Part shown: positions 1-15,840 of the stretch, one piece after another | Layout: each line of letters starts with the position of its first letter | How positions within the stretch are numbered: the first letter of the stretch is position 1 | NCBI GenBank assembly: GCA_964016885.1 | Contig: CAXHJY010000153.1 | Location: 1 to 54,898 of the forward strand | Direction of reading: 5' to 3' | Origin: Eledone cirrhosa | Taxonomy: Eukaryota | DNA: 54,898 nt | The notes under the pieces: model-generated | What the model was told of the DNA's origin: nothing | What the model saw: the letters and a program-made list of their open reading frames with translations, nothing else | Database searches by the model: none | Translations under genes and position numbers: made by a program

Positions 1-445
1 TGTGTGCATGTGTATATGTGTTTAAATATATACACACACACACAACACATATATCTACATCCATACATATACACGTGAATGATAGTTGAGTAGTTTCCCT
101 ACTTATTATTTATTTATATTTTCTTTATTTTTTAACTATTTCATTCCACTTAAAATGGCGGCTTCAAAAGTATTTCAAAAGTATTATCTCCCGTGGCGAT
201 GACGGAGTTGGAGATGGTTATTGTGTATAGAATTCCTAGTTGTAGTGGCAATGTTTTAATTTCGCTAGTGTAGTAATGGTAAGTTTTTTTATTCAACTGT
301 TGATCGTCATGGAAATGCGTATGGTTGTTAGTTATATAGTAGACACTGCCCTATAGTTTGCTGGTGATCGATGGTTCGATGTACTTTTAGTAATGCCAGT
401 GGCATTACTGTAGTGGTGGTGATATTCATGACTGCCATTCTGCCC

Positions 446-713
446 TCTTCTTCTTCTTCTTCTTCTTCTTCTTCTTCTTCCTTCTTCTTCTTCTTCTTCT
501 TCTTCTTCTTCCTCCTCCTTGGGGGATTGCGAATAAGTTTAGAGCTTCTAGACAATATGCTTCGCGGCATTTATATGGCCCTTTACATTCTGAACTCAAA
601 TTCCACCGAGGTTAGCTTTGTCTTTTATCCTTACGGGGTCGATATATAAAGCACAACTAGTGCAGGGGATCGATTTGATGGACTTTCTCTCCCCCCAAGA
701 TTGTATGCCTTGT

Positions 714-762
<49 letters not shown>

Positions 763-838
763 AGCAGCAGCAGCAGTAGTAGTACTAGTAGTAGTAGTAG
801 TAGTAGTAGTAGTAGAGCAGCAGCAGCAGTAGTAGTAC

Positions 839-896
<58 letters not shown>

Positions 897-897
897 T
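446..897. repeat. (TCT)n tract at about 446-510 and (GTA)n/(GCA)n tract at about 714-897, flanking a SINE
   Basis: Directly visible trinucleotide arrays. Confidence 0.95.
521..714 (+). mobile_element. Diverged tRNA-derived SINE
   Basis: Body 'gaggttagctttgtcttttatccttacggggtcgat' matches the better copies at 23200-23392 and 36965-37156. Confidence 0.7.
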
Positions 898-965
898 GTT
901 GTCGTTGTTTGACTAACGTATTAAACAGAAGACTGATAATGATTTGCTGGGTATGGCTAATATAT

Positions 966-1100
966 GATTATTTCTACTTTTGGTACAGGCCAGCAATTAC
1001 ACCGGTGTATTACTGGTACTTTATTTTATCGACCCCGTACGGATGGAAGGCAAAGTTAAGCTCGGCGGGATTTGAGCTCAGACCGTAACGCGACGTAACT
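966..1100 (-). mobile_element. 5'-truncated tRNA-derived SINE
   Basis: Reverse complement of the SINE body (ttatcgaccccgta...ggcaaagttaa...ggcgggatttga). Confidence 0.85.
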
Positions 1101-1507
1101 TTTATGGTTAATGTTATAATGATGAAGATAATGGACGTAGTATGTTGATATAACTGGTGATGGCTGTAACGGATGTATAAGAGGTGTTGTGGTGGTGGTT
1201 TTAGTGGTGTGTGTGTTGCTGGTTATGGTGGCTGTGGTGGTATTGGTGGTGCTGCTGATAATGGTGGCGGCAATGGCAGTATGCGATCTATAGACACTTT
1301 TCTTGGTGCTGTTAGTTGTAAGTAATATTAGATGTTGATGTTATTAATAATAACATAATTAAACGTGTTGATGTCGATGGTGTGGGGGACCTGAACTATT
1401 TAAGTGTGTGAACTGATTTTACGCAGAATAGGCTGAGGGCAATGATTTCTCAGAGATGTTGTGTCCACAAACAAACACGGATTAAAATATTTGGTTCACA
1501 TGCAGTG

Positions 1508-1615
<108 letters not shown>

Positions 1616-1716
1616 TATGTATATATATATATATAACAAAGGAATTGCGGTAAAGAACCAGATGGACCATAACGCACCAGAGTACTCAATACTTAGGGTA
1701 GTAGATTGGGAAATAG

Positions 1717-1822
1717 GAAAAAGTATGAACCGACGGCAGAGCTCGAGCCGTTTCGACGCTATTTCTGGTCCAGAATTAGCCGTCGAAACGGCTTGAGCTC
1801 TGCGTCGGGGACATACTTTTTC
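1717..1822. repeat. Fold-back palindrome of a TA-tailed element terminus
   Basis: Arms gaaaaagtatg..gcagagctcgagccgtttcgacg and cgtcgaaacggcttgagctctgc..catactttttc around centre ctggtccag. A related single copy lies at about 4020-4125 on the minus strand. Confidence 0.85.
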
Positions 1823-1844
1823 ATATATATATATATATATATAT

Positions 1845-4016
<2,172 letters not shown>

Positions 4017-4468
4017 GTAGGAACGAGTAGGATCCCGAGGCTGAGCTCAAGCCGTTTCGACAGCTAATACTGGACTAAATGAACATTTTTATCCTGGTAA
4101 ATGAATAGCCGAGCTTCTCAGGGGGTAATATTCCATATATGGTGAAAGTGATTGTCACAAGGATTGGTCAAAAGTTTGTTGTTGAGACACATAATTCTAT
4201 CATGGCATTTTGTGGAAGGAAGGGGTAGCTGAACTTGCAAGTAGAAGAAAGAGCGAGAGGGAGTGGAGGAAACCCAGTCGTGCGTTGAAAGTGACGACTA
4301 CAGCAGAATCCTAAGGATAAGAAGTCAAGAGGGGGAGGGGGGTGGAAGTCGAAACAATAAGTAGATCTATATGGAGTAAATCTATATAGAAAAATAAGAA
4401 TGTTGAAAATATAAAAAAACACAATTTCTGATTACTCTTCCCCTACCACAATCATCAAATCTCTCACT

Positions 4469-4902
4469 AGACTATAGAAAAGTTTAATAGGTGGGGCGGG
4501 ATACTAAATACGAGATTGTAGTGAAATAATTTTATGAGTTAGTAGTACTCGGCATAATCTATCTTACAATGACAGGTCAACAAGTAGGGGGCCAAAATAC
4601 TAAAAAACCTAATACGAAATAATAATTCAGAGTCCCGAAACTAATACGAAATATTAATTCAGATCCCGAAAATGAATACTAATACGATATATAGGGGTGC
4701 CTCTACAATACATAAATTCTAATGCAAACTACATAAGTGCTCGGACGATAAGAAAAAAATAATACGAAAAATTGTATTGTAGCGGTACCCTTACATATCG
4801 TATTAGTATTCATTTAGGCCGAGTACTACTAACTCATAAAATTATTTCACTACAATCTCGTATTTAGTATCCGGCTCCACCTATTAAACTTTCCTATAGT
4901 CT
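4469..4902. repeat. Nested inverted repeats (4469-4553/4818-4902 and 4670-4701/4784-4815) at the 5' junction of a truncated PLE
   Basis: Reverse-complement matches read by eye, e.g. gattgtagtgaaataattttatgagttagtagtactcggc vs gccgagtactactaactcataaaattatttcactacaatc. Confidence 0.85.
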
Positions 4903-6040
4903 GCGCCGCTGAGGCCCTGGAAATACTCTACGCCATAGACCACATCTTAAACAAAAGATCTGAGGCAATGTCGGCTTGTAAACATAAATTGCACAAAACT
5001 TTCCTGTATTACAGCCCCACGTTATACCCTAACGGATAGTACGATCTATACGTGGATATTTTACGTCTTGATGTGGGAGCTAAGTATATGTTTTGTTTAT
5101 TCCTTTACTTATTTGCATAGGTAAGTATATATTACACGTATGTTTTGTGAAGGTACGTATACCTTCTCGTACGTATATTTGATGTATATGTTAGTGCGTA
5201 TAATTTTATATATTCTGGTACATATGGTTTGGCTATGTGTATACGGGAGTTTTGCATCTGTGTGAGTATGCAGGTTCGTACGTATGGTGGGTGTGTGTAT
5301 ATGCGTACTTCATGTTTTAGTTGACTTACGTCTCCGAACATTCGTGTATTTATATGTAGGTATGTGTGTGCGCTTGTTATATACGTATTTATTTATTTAT
5401 ATACGTTTATATAATTATTTATTTATTTGTATACACGCATACACACACACATATTTATATGTGCGTGGTTTTGTATACCTATGGTAAGTTTTTGCGTATG
5501 CTTGTGTATGTACGTATTTGTTTGCGTGTATGTATTTATTTATTTCTATTACTTCTGTATTGTATTTATTTACTTTGTTCTTAACTCTGTAGCGGAGATT
5601 CATTTGGTCTCCTAGTTAGAATTTTAGTCTACGACTTCTGCTATACCATTTACGTGGTTGTGTCTTTGCGTGCTATTGTTCTCCACGCTCCACATATGAC
5701 GTATTATCTTCGTTTTTTCGTTCATTGCCAGAGAACGTCTCTATGCACCACCTAAGAGAACATTAGTCTATGACCTCTTTTATACCATAAACGTGGTTCT
5801 GTCTTTGCGCGTAATTGTTTTTCACCGCTCCTATTAATGACGTAGTATTCGTTTTTCCCGTTCTTTACCAGCGAACGTTTCCACGAACCAAAGTATCGTC
5901 TTCCTGTCTTCCTCCGGTTGCAACGTTTTTTTGAAATATCCAGTTCTGCGTTTACAGATTGACTTTGTTAGTTTCAGAAGATCCCGTTAAGGATGAAAGC
6001 AGCGATTCTTTGCTTAAACTTTAATCTGTTATTTTAATAA

Positions 6041-6045
<5 letters not shown>
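4901..6045 (+). mobile_element. 5'-truncated Penelope-like element, family A (GIY-YIG C-terminus plus long 3' region)
   Basis: Begins with codons CAAEALEILYAIDHILNKRSEAMSACKHK, homologous to about 36650-36750. The downstream region parallels 36750-37945. Confidence 0.78.
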
Positions 6046-6103
<58 letters not shown>

Positions 6104-6109
<6 letters not shown>

Positions 6110-6563
6110 ATCGGCAAATTCAGCATCCGATACCTTTTTCGCCCTAACTTTCCTGCTCTGAGCCGGTGCTACAGTATAGCCAGAGTCCTGGTGTTTCTCC
6201 AGTGCAAGGCGCATACAATAGTCCACTACGATGATAAAAAGGTAGGGAGCCAATGTATCCCCCTGGAGCACTCCAGCCAGTATCTCAAAGAACTCTGTCA
6301 TCCCATCAGGTGTAATGAGTTGGGCTTTGGTGTTGGTGTAGAGCAGTGATATCAGGTCCACTATCTTGTTGGGGATTCCATAAGCCTGTAAGATCTTCAT
6401 CAGGCAGTAACGGTCCACAGAATCAAAGGCCTTCCTAAAGTCAATGAAAACCATGACAGCAGGAAGGCACTTTGCTCTAGCTCCCTCTAATATCCTCCTC
6501 AGCATCAGGATGTGACTGGTGGTTGATCTACCCTCTCTGAAGCCGTTCTGGTTGTCCCTCAGA
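6104..6563 (-). pseudogene. RTE-like LINE reverse transcriptase fragment (inverted segment)
   Basis: ORF 6029..6505 contains FIDFRKAFDSV, GIPNKIV, GVLQGDTLAPYLF and EFADD. Upstream QNGFREGRSTTSH is also readable. Confidence 0.92.
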
Positions 6564-6919
6564 TGGTGGATGGGTGCTACACGAGAATGCTGAGGATGGC
6601 TCTGAACATTAATCAGTATACACTGAGGATGAAAAACTCAGAGCTGTATGGGAGCATCCCAAAAGTCAGCTCGAAAGTGACACAGAGGAGACTGAGGTTA
6701 GCTGGACATGCTCACCGACATCCAGAGTTGACATTGCACACAGTACTCATTTGGGAGCCCCTACATGGACACACTAGAAGAGGAAGACCAAGGTTAACGT
6801 ATGCTGATGCCCTAAGGACAGACACTGGTCTGTTGGAGATGCAGGATACGGCAGCGATAATGAGGGACAGAGACGGCTGGAGAGAACTCGTCCATGGATC
6901 TCGGGAATTTTACCCGCCT

Positions 6920-6920
<1 letters not shown>
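6563..6920 (+). pseudogene. RTE-like LINE ORF C-terminus (non-inverted 3' segment)
   Basis: DGCYTRMLRMALNI..NSELYG..RRLRLAGHAHR..WEP..RRGRPRLTY..DRDGWR is a typical RTE C-terminal region. It ends in (TA)n. Confidence 0.88.
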
Positions 6921-6950
<30 letters not shown>

Positions 6951-7756
6951 GTAAGTAATGTTTCACTAATTGGGTTGGTTAGGAAGGTATGTTAGTGTAA
7001 ATTAATGTCTTTCTTACTTATCGTTTCATATTATCATCACAAGTGACTCGAAATGCTACATTGTTTTACGTTTTAATATTTCATATATTCTACTTGTCCT
7101 ATATCAATGGCGATTTTATCTCTATTTTCTACGTCATCCCTTGGATTTTGAAGAACAAAAGAAAGTGAATGAATTATATTATTCAAGTAATTGTCTTTAT
7201 TTCAAATTGGGAAATCAGCGATGAAAAAAACACGAAAACAATGAGAGAAAATAAAAGCAAAGCGAAAACAATTATAAAAAAAAAACAATACAAACATAAT
7301 TGTTGTGATGGAAGTAAAAAAAAAAAAAATGAAATCCATCAGTCACAGATGCAGGTACAGCGGAGTGGTTAAGGTGTTTGCTTTTTCATCACGTAGTTTC
7401 GGGCCCTCTTGCACTACGTCAACAATAGGGTAACCAATGCCCTCTAACTGAAATTTCATACAGGCAAATTCCAGTAGCCTCTATGTATATATAACGGAAA
7501 AAATGAAACGAAATTTCATTGCCCACTGTTACGGCTGTTACTTAAATATAAGTATGTACACATACATACATATATGTATACAGACGTACAGAAATATGTA
7601 TATATATATACATACATGCACACATATATATATATGTACGTATGGATTCACCAAATATTTATTATAATGCTCGGTGTGTTTGTAAAAAAAACAACACGAA
7701 TTAAGCCGTAGTGTCTAGCAACCATCGTTGCTCGTTTGTTCAACACTGACAAAGGA

Positions 7757-7799
7757 ACGCTGTACTAGTTTCAAGCTTATTAGCTATCGTCAGCAACGT
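7757..7799 (-). ncRNA. Minimal type-I hammerhead ribozyme motif (family E)
   Basis: Reverse complement: acgttg CTGACGA t-agct-aata-agct-t GAAA ctag TA cagcgt. Canonical core, 6-bp stem I, palindromic stem III (ACTAGT), GUA cleavage triplet. Confidence 0.82.
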
Positions 7800-8255
7800 A
7801 TACCTTCTGCCAGATTGTTTAACGTATATACTTACCTTATGCATATTAACGGCTGAGTAGCCCAATTTGCATATCGAGTGGGTTAATCGGCCGGGTGCAC
7901 CGAAAACAATAAACGGAAAAAATGAAACGTAATTTAATTTCCCACTCTTAGTACGGCTGTTACTTAAATATAAGTATGTACACGTACATACATATATGTA
8001 TACAGACGTACAGAAGTATGTATATATATATACATACATGCACACATATATATATGTACGTATGGATTCACCGAACATTTATTATAATGCTCGGTGTGTT
8101 TGTAAACAAACATCCCGTGAAATTCGTTTCATTTTTTTGGTTTATCGTTTTCGGTGCACTCGACCGATTAACCCACTCGATATGTAAATTGGGCTACTCA
8201 GCCGTTAATATGCATAAGGTAAGTATATACGTTCAACAATCTGGCAGGAAGGTAT

Positions 8256-8298
8256 ACGTTGCTGAAGATAGCTAATAAGCTTGAAACTAGTACATCGT
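8256..8298 (+). ncRNA. Minimal type-I hammerhead ribozyme motif (family E)
   Basis: acgttg CTGAAGA tagctaataagctt GAAA ctag TA catcgt. Confidence 0.8.
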
Positions 8299-8503
8299 TC
8301 CTTTGTCAGTGTTGAACAAACGATCAACGATGGTTGCTAGACACTACGGCTTAATACGGGATGTTTGTTTACAAACACACCGAGCATTATAATATATGTT
8401 CGGTGAATCCATACGTACATATATATATATATGTGTGCATGTATGTATATATATATACATACTTCTGTACGTCTGTATACATATATGTATGTACGTGTAC
8501 ATA

Positions 8504-8559
<56 letters not shown>

Positions 8560-8576
8560 AACATTATTAATTATTT

Positions 8577-8698
8577 ATTCTGAGTTCAAATCCCGCCGAG
8601 TTTAACTTTGCCTTTCATCCTTACGGGGTCGATAAAATAAAGTACCAGTAATGCACTGGATAATTGCTGGCCTTGTGTCAAAAGTAGAAACAATTATT
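8577..8698 (+). mobile_element. 5'-truncated tRNA-derived SINE
   Basis: Box B-like gagttcaaatccc, the shared body, and tail aaagtagaaacaatta. Confidence 0.85.
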
Positions 8699-10649
8699 GA
8701 TAGAAATGGATTCTACTGGGCTAGAACTGTTTTATACGTATGAAATCATATGAACGAAACAGTTCTAGTCCTGTAGAAGCCACCTCTATATTAAAGAATG
8801 ATGCTTATACTCTACTGATGTATTGAATACCTGATTACACAAGTGTTTATTAATACAAGTTAATAGCGGTTATATTATCATGAAATTACCATAACACGCA
8901 CACACACACATATATATATATATATCCTGGCAATGTGTTCAGTCATTAAATTCCAGCTTTAAACTGACATAGTAGATTATATTTGCCTGAGTACTTATTA
9001 TATCTATCTCATTTTGTCGAACCGCTATAAGATGGAAAGTAATGAAATACGCAAAAGTAACAACAGACGAATACACACATACACACAGGCACGCACGTAT
9101 ACACACAAACCCACACACATACACACAAATCCACACACATACACGCAAGCCCGCACACATACAACGGAAGTTTATAGATTCCGTCTACAAATTTTAATCT
9201 TGATGGATTGTTCATCTCTAATCCACATAGCTGCCAAGCAACTCATTAACCACACAGTTATGACTGCACAATTGTTCGTCTCTAACGGTACTAACCCTAT
9301 ATTATATGGTATTTTCTGAGTTCGATAACGTACCAGTCTGGTACAGGTGTCGATTCTTGCTCTATATTTTTTTCTTACTTCGTTCCTCTCACTCTCTCTA
9401 ACTCCCTCTAAACTTCTCTGGGAGAAATGTGCTGCATTCAGATATGGAGAGGGATGGGCTCCACCAGGCTCAAAATGCAACAGAAACGTCGTATGTCATA
9501 ACAGTTACCCTACGACACCTTCAGTTATTAGGGGACCATACCTTACATACATAAGCTATTTTATTGTATTTTCTGGGCTTTAGTATACTATATCTTCTAT
9601 ATATTTTCCGCTCAGCGCTTTGTAAGTTAGAAATCTAGAGCTTCCCATACGATGTTTGTTGATATATATTGTGTAAGTGCAAGCATTGTGGTGTACTTAA
9701 GATGATCGCTTCGAAACCGTTTAGCTTAGGAATTACTGAAATGGACTCAAGGAAGTGAAAAACGCGTAATCATACTGAAATAGGAATTGCATCATATATT
9801 TTCTTGGAAGTTGAAACTTAGAATAAATTATTTTCCTTTTAGATGTCGCGATAAAATCGTACACTCTACTGATAAACTGAGTCAGTTTTCTTTAAATAAT
9901 CTTTATTTGTATTATATTTGTTGCCCGATATATCGTCCTTGCTTTCTCATTTTAGGGTACAGCAGCTGGCTACAACCATGAATTCTATAGTGGAAGTCGC
10001 TGCTGGAAATACGCTACCTGTATTTTTCGTCTTTGCAACAATCATTTTTTCTAAAAGCTTTCAATATAGATATAAACTTCTACACAATGTCGTGGCTGGG
10101 CTTGTCAACTGAGTATACAAGATAATGAGTTGGTAGCGCTCAACACATTTTGAGCCTAAACAAAAGCGATTTCTTTGAGAAATCATACCATCTATCTAGC
10201 AGAATGTCATCGACTTCGTGCATATGTTTCAAAGGATCTTGTCGTCACTGTCTCTTTTTAGCTAAACTATAGGTGATGAACTTCGGATATAAAGGATCAG
10301 GTCAGTGTCACACAACATGCAATCTCCACACCAGCACACACAACTCACTTCATTGTTCATTGCATAGGGCGGGCAACGTATCATCCAGGAATATTCACAA
10401 ATCACAACAATGGTGTTAATGAATTGAAAACGATAGAAAATTGTTACTGGAAGCCTCAATAATCATCACATAGAGGATTTTATAAGACTCTGAAGTTGCT
10501 GTGCCACTCATTGTAGCTTCCTTGTAGTAGTTTCTTCACGGAGAAGGGCCCATCCACACGCACAGAGACACATATATATATCCATACACACACACACACA
10601 CACACATATATATCCATACACACACACACACACACACATATATATCCAT

Positions 10650-10734
<85 letters not shown>

Positions 10735-10886
10735 CACAAACACACACACATATATATATATATAAATATATAAATATATATCACAGAAAAGAGAAAATCA
10801 GTGTTGCGACGAATGGAATTTATTGGACATATTACAATCGTTTCTCTGGCGACCAATTCGAGGCACGATCGATGTGATGATCGAAC

Positions 10887-11514
<628 letters not shown>

Positions 11515-12350
11515 AGGGTCCGGGTAAATTTTTCATTCATTTATATTTTTATTTGTCTGACCCGAATTTTCTTGGTCGTCTTTTTGGCTGTGCGAATGAT
11601 TGTTTAAGTATCGTCTCAGAGTGTTGGTATTAAACGTTAGTTATAGCTCTGGTTTATCCGAACTATTGAGCACTTTGCCGCACATTTCGAAGATTGTGTT
11701 TCGTTATTTCGTGGGCCGAAGTTCCGATTCTCGATAATTTATTTGTATTTATCTCCAGTCTCTAGCTATTGATCAGTTAATTTTATTGATGTTTTAGTTG
11801 ATCCTATTGACTGATGAATAGCTCATGTTAATTTTAACCCGTCTGTTGAGAACTCTAATTCGATTTGTGATATTTTGTATTCTTACAATAATATACACAA
11901 CTGAATTCATTCGCCTAATATAGGGGTTCCCTCCCTTGCTGGTCCCCACGTCGATTTAGTAACGGACTTCCCTTGTATTATTGAACTAAACGCCTGTTGA
12001 AAAAGTGACTTCCTTGTTCATCATCTTACCAGAATCGGATATTTTTTATGTAGGCTGACGGTAACTGATTTAGGAGACGCAGAAACCCAAATGCTGGAAT
12101 TTACCATCTTTCCAGGGGGTCCGTGTAAATTTTTCATTCATATATATTTTTAGTTGTCTGACCCGAATTTTCTTGGTCGTATTTTTGGCTGTGCGAATGA
12201 TTGTTTAAGCATCGTCTCAGTGTTAAACGTTAGTTATAGCTCTGGTTTATCCGAACTATTGAGCACTTTGCCACACATTTCGCAGATTGTGTTTCGTTAT
12301 TTCGTGGGCCGAAGTTCCGATTCTCGATAATTTATTTGTTTTTATTTGTA
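11515..12350. repeat. ~235-bp direct repeat with ~600-bp period (partial tandem, pLTR-like); element identity uncertain
   Basis: About 11515-11750 recurs at about 12115-12350 with few substitutions and a short deletion. Confidence 0.7.
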
Positions 12351-12689
12351 TATTTATATATATAAATAAATTCAGCGAGAATCGCATTTCGGCGGGTAGA
12401 AAAAGCGAAACGTAACGCAAAAATTAGAAATATGTTGGCAAGCGCTCGATATATATAATATATTAATATATCTACTATATAAATTGGAAGTGGTCGGACG
12501 TTGTATATTTAAGTAAGTAAGTAAGTCTAGTCGGATAAACGTCGAAACGGCTTGGTGGAATGCAGTTATGCAGAATGATCCGAGGAGGCGTTGGGTCGAC
12601 TTTTAGGGTACAAGCTTCCAGGGTTACGGAGAAAATCGATGAAACAGGAATTTCCCATTCAAATTTAACTGAGAGTAATCTGTAAACGC

Positions 12690-13449
12690 AGAAGTAAATA
12701 TTTCGAGAAACGTTCCAACCGAACGAAAACAGGAAGACGATATTTTGGTTCGTGAAGATGTTCCCTAGCAATGAACGAAAAAAAGCGAGGATAATACGTC
12801 GTTATGTGGAGCGGGAAGAACAATTTCATGCAAAGACAAGACCAAGTTTATGGTATAAATGGAGTCGTTAGACTAATATTCTATTTAACTATACAGAATG
12901 ATTTCCAGTCCCGGAGTTTAAGAATGATGTAAATAAAATTGAAAACGAAAATGACAGAGGTTATTAAAGTTGTATAAGTAAATAGTGAAGATTTAGGCCA
13001 GTACATACGTATGTCCTGACGGACATACACATGCATACGCACACACAAATACATACACACCCACAAACATACGAACGTATACACCAAATACACATAAAAA
13101 TATATATAAAAAAATATATATATATGTGTGTGTGCGTGTATACATTTGATTAAATAAACGTATATTAATATACACACATAAATACGTATATAACTCGCGC
13201 ACACACATACCTACATGTAAATACACATATGTTCGCAGAGGACGTTAACCAAAACACAAAGTACACATATACACACACCCTACATACGTACGAACCCGCA
13301 TACTCACACAGACGCAGAACTCACGTATACACATAACCAAATGCACATGTTCCAGTATATATAATATATACGCCATAACATATACAAACAAATATACGTA
13401 CGAGAAAGAATACGTACCTTCACAAAACATAAAGGTAATATATACTTAC

Positions 13450-13455
<6 letters not shown>
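12690..13455 (-). mobile_element. PLE family A non-coding 3' region
   Basis: Reverse complement parallels 5118-5960 and 36877-37865 (aggtaagtatatattacc...aaggtacgta...gtcttcctg). Confidence 0.7.
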
Positions 13456-13546
<91 letters not shown>

Positions 13547-14821
13547 GTATATATAGACATATATACTTCTAATGTATACAAATCTGCTTACGTTATAGCT
13601 AATTTGTATATGGCAATGAGTATTTGCGTGTGGGTGAGTTTGCACACACTCATTCATTTATGAGTATTGATTCTTTCATCTGATATTGCAAAAACAAGGC
13701 GATTTTTACTATTGTAATATAAATTGACTGATGTTTGTTTCACAAACATAACGTTCCCGGCGAAAATATATCGCCGCCATTTTAGTTAGCAGACAATGGG
13801 GCGTCGAAAGTTCTCAGGCACGGAAATTGCGTTACACCAGACTACGATTTGTCTGTTTATTTTTAAAACACTTTTGAGTAGTTTATTACATTATTGTAGA
13901 TGAGAATATGGATTTGAATATAAAACCATGGGATATTTTGCACTATTATCGTAATGGTTATTTTAACAATAGCTATGCCTTGTTGTATGAAATACTATGA
14001 TTTTTCTAATAATTATCTCACTTTATGTGTCATAACATGGTAAATTAAACATTCGCATATAACAAGAAAGCTTTGTAAATGTCAATAATCTCAATGTTTA
14101 TCACATACAGATGATAGGATCCATCAAAACTATAGATGTAAGAATTTTTGCTAATAAAATTATATGTTCTCTGGATTGTATAAACTTCATTATATCTAGA
14201 TTGTTATTCCTAGTATATATGTCTGCACTACTTTATAATACAATTCAATTTCGATCTCGAGAAAGACTCATTTATTTGTCAGTATGTATATATATGGCTT
14301 GCGTTTTAATAGTCTTGTATATACGGGTAAACACATGTGGCTTAGTGTTTACGGTGTTCGGCTAACGACCATAAAGTGTCCTTGTGCAAAGCAATTTATT
14401 TCATGATGTTCCAATCAAGATAAATGGTAAAAAAATAATTGTATTTTCAATTCAAAATGCTAGACTTGCCCCCTTCCCTATGTCATTGCATCTCCCTGTG
14501 AATTTTGTACACTTGTCTATCGAATTATCAATCACTTGCACGTTAATTTCCCGAGGAAGCTCTTTCGTTTATGATCAACAACTGGAACATTTGTCGTTAG
14601 AAGAGACGGAAGCCTAACATCAACAATGTATAATGATAATACTATCATTCATTTCAATATAAAATCAATAATTTCAACCCAATGATCAATAGTAAAGGGG
14701 GGATATGGATTGTTTTTTTAATTTTTCATAATTCACAATTTAGAGAGATTTGGCAGATTTTACATTTAGTTTCGATATATTTATAAATATCATAATTATT
14801 AAAGAGATCATGGATTGCCGT

Positions 14822-15410
14822 AGATTGCCAGTATTTGTAAAGCGTCGGACTAAATGCTTAACGGCATATAGTTACGGCTCTTTTCATTCTGAGTTCAAAG
14901 ACCGCCGAGGTTAGCTTTACCTGTCACCCTCACGTAGTCGATAAAATAATGTTCGAGTAATGCACAGGAGTTTATTTACTCGACTGTCCCCTCCCTCAAA
15001 ATTATTGGTCTGGTGCCTAAATCAGAAATAATTATTAATAAGATCAAATAGGCAGAGTCGTTAGAATGTCGAGTTATTCGTTCTGAGTTCAAATAACGCA
15101 AACATCATTTTTTTATTAACAGTATTGCGTCGTGGATAAATTAATGACCCAAACAAGTTTTGAAGTTGATTTAATTCACTAAATTTAATGCCCCTGAAGT
15201 TTTGCTTACGTTAGAAAGAATTATTTTGTATATCATTGTTTTTAATATTATCTATATTATTCATAGATTGATTCGTTAGAACCTCGACTAGAAGTATTTC
15301 CTCTATTTGTACCGGCTCCTTGCATTTTCAGTTTAAGTCCCGCCGAAGTCTTATTTATCTTTCATCATGTTGATGTTGATAAAAAAGGACCAGTTCATTA
15401 CTGGGGTCGA
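14822..15410 (+). mobile_element. Cluster of three diverged tRNA-derived SINEs
   Basis: Recognisable gagttcaaa box B and body segments at about 14890, 15085 and 15330. Confidence 0.65.
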
Positions 15411-15721
15411 TACATCCCATTCATAGTCCGAGATATACGTGAAGGGCTTAAATTCATTTAATAACTTAGTAATAATGTATAGAAGTTTTAATGATACTAA
15501 TATTCTTCAAAGTATGAAATAAAATAAGTATTCATGCTAGAATTTTAAAATTTCCTTGCAATTGAAATTAGTTTGTACGCGGCTCCAATTTGCTCACAAT
15601 AGTGAGAGATGTAGATATATGAGATTAGACATATAATACAAAGACAGACAGATAGAGAACCACCACGGATGTACATTATAAAATGACAAGTCAGTGAATC
15701 ATACTGATGACCTCCCCACAG

Positions 15722-15840
15722 TCCCGGCTGACAGAATGGAGAAGGCGTTTCCCTGGAGGACGGCAAGGGAGACGCTCTGGAAGCGCCATTCCAACTCGCG
15801 AGGGTTACAACTGCGGCTGGCCAGCTCAGCGACTATTGTG
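15722..15840 (+). other. Putative isolated exon of an unidentified gene
   Basis: GC-rich island with acceptor-like ctccccacag and strong donor GTG|gtaagt. Two frames are open across it, but no homology was recognised. Confidence 0.35.

Larger units (their letters stand above)
7487..8508. mobile_element. ORF-less HHR-containing ~420-bp unit (family E): about 1.5 tandem copies on minus, then about 1 copy on plus
   Basis: 7493-7690 repeats at 7912-8110. 8120-8508 is the reverse complement of about 7545-7935. A paralog lies at 31423-32012. Confidence 0.85.

Noticed and set aside
9172-10560. Short ORFs in non-repetitive sequence
   Set aside because: No recognisable domains or consistent splice structure.
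11808-11840. CTGATGA word
   Set aside because: There is no downstream helix II/GAAA/UH arrangement.
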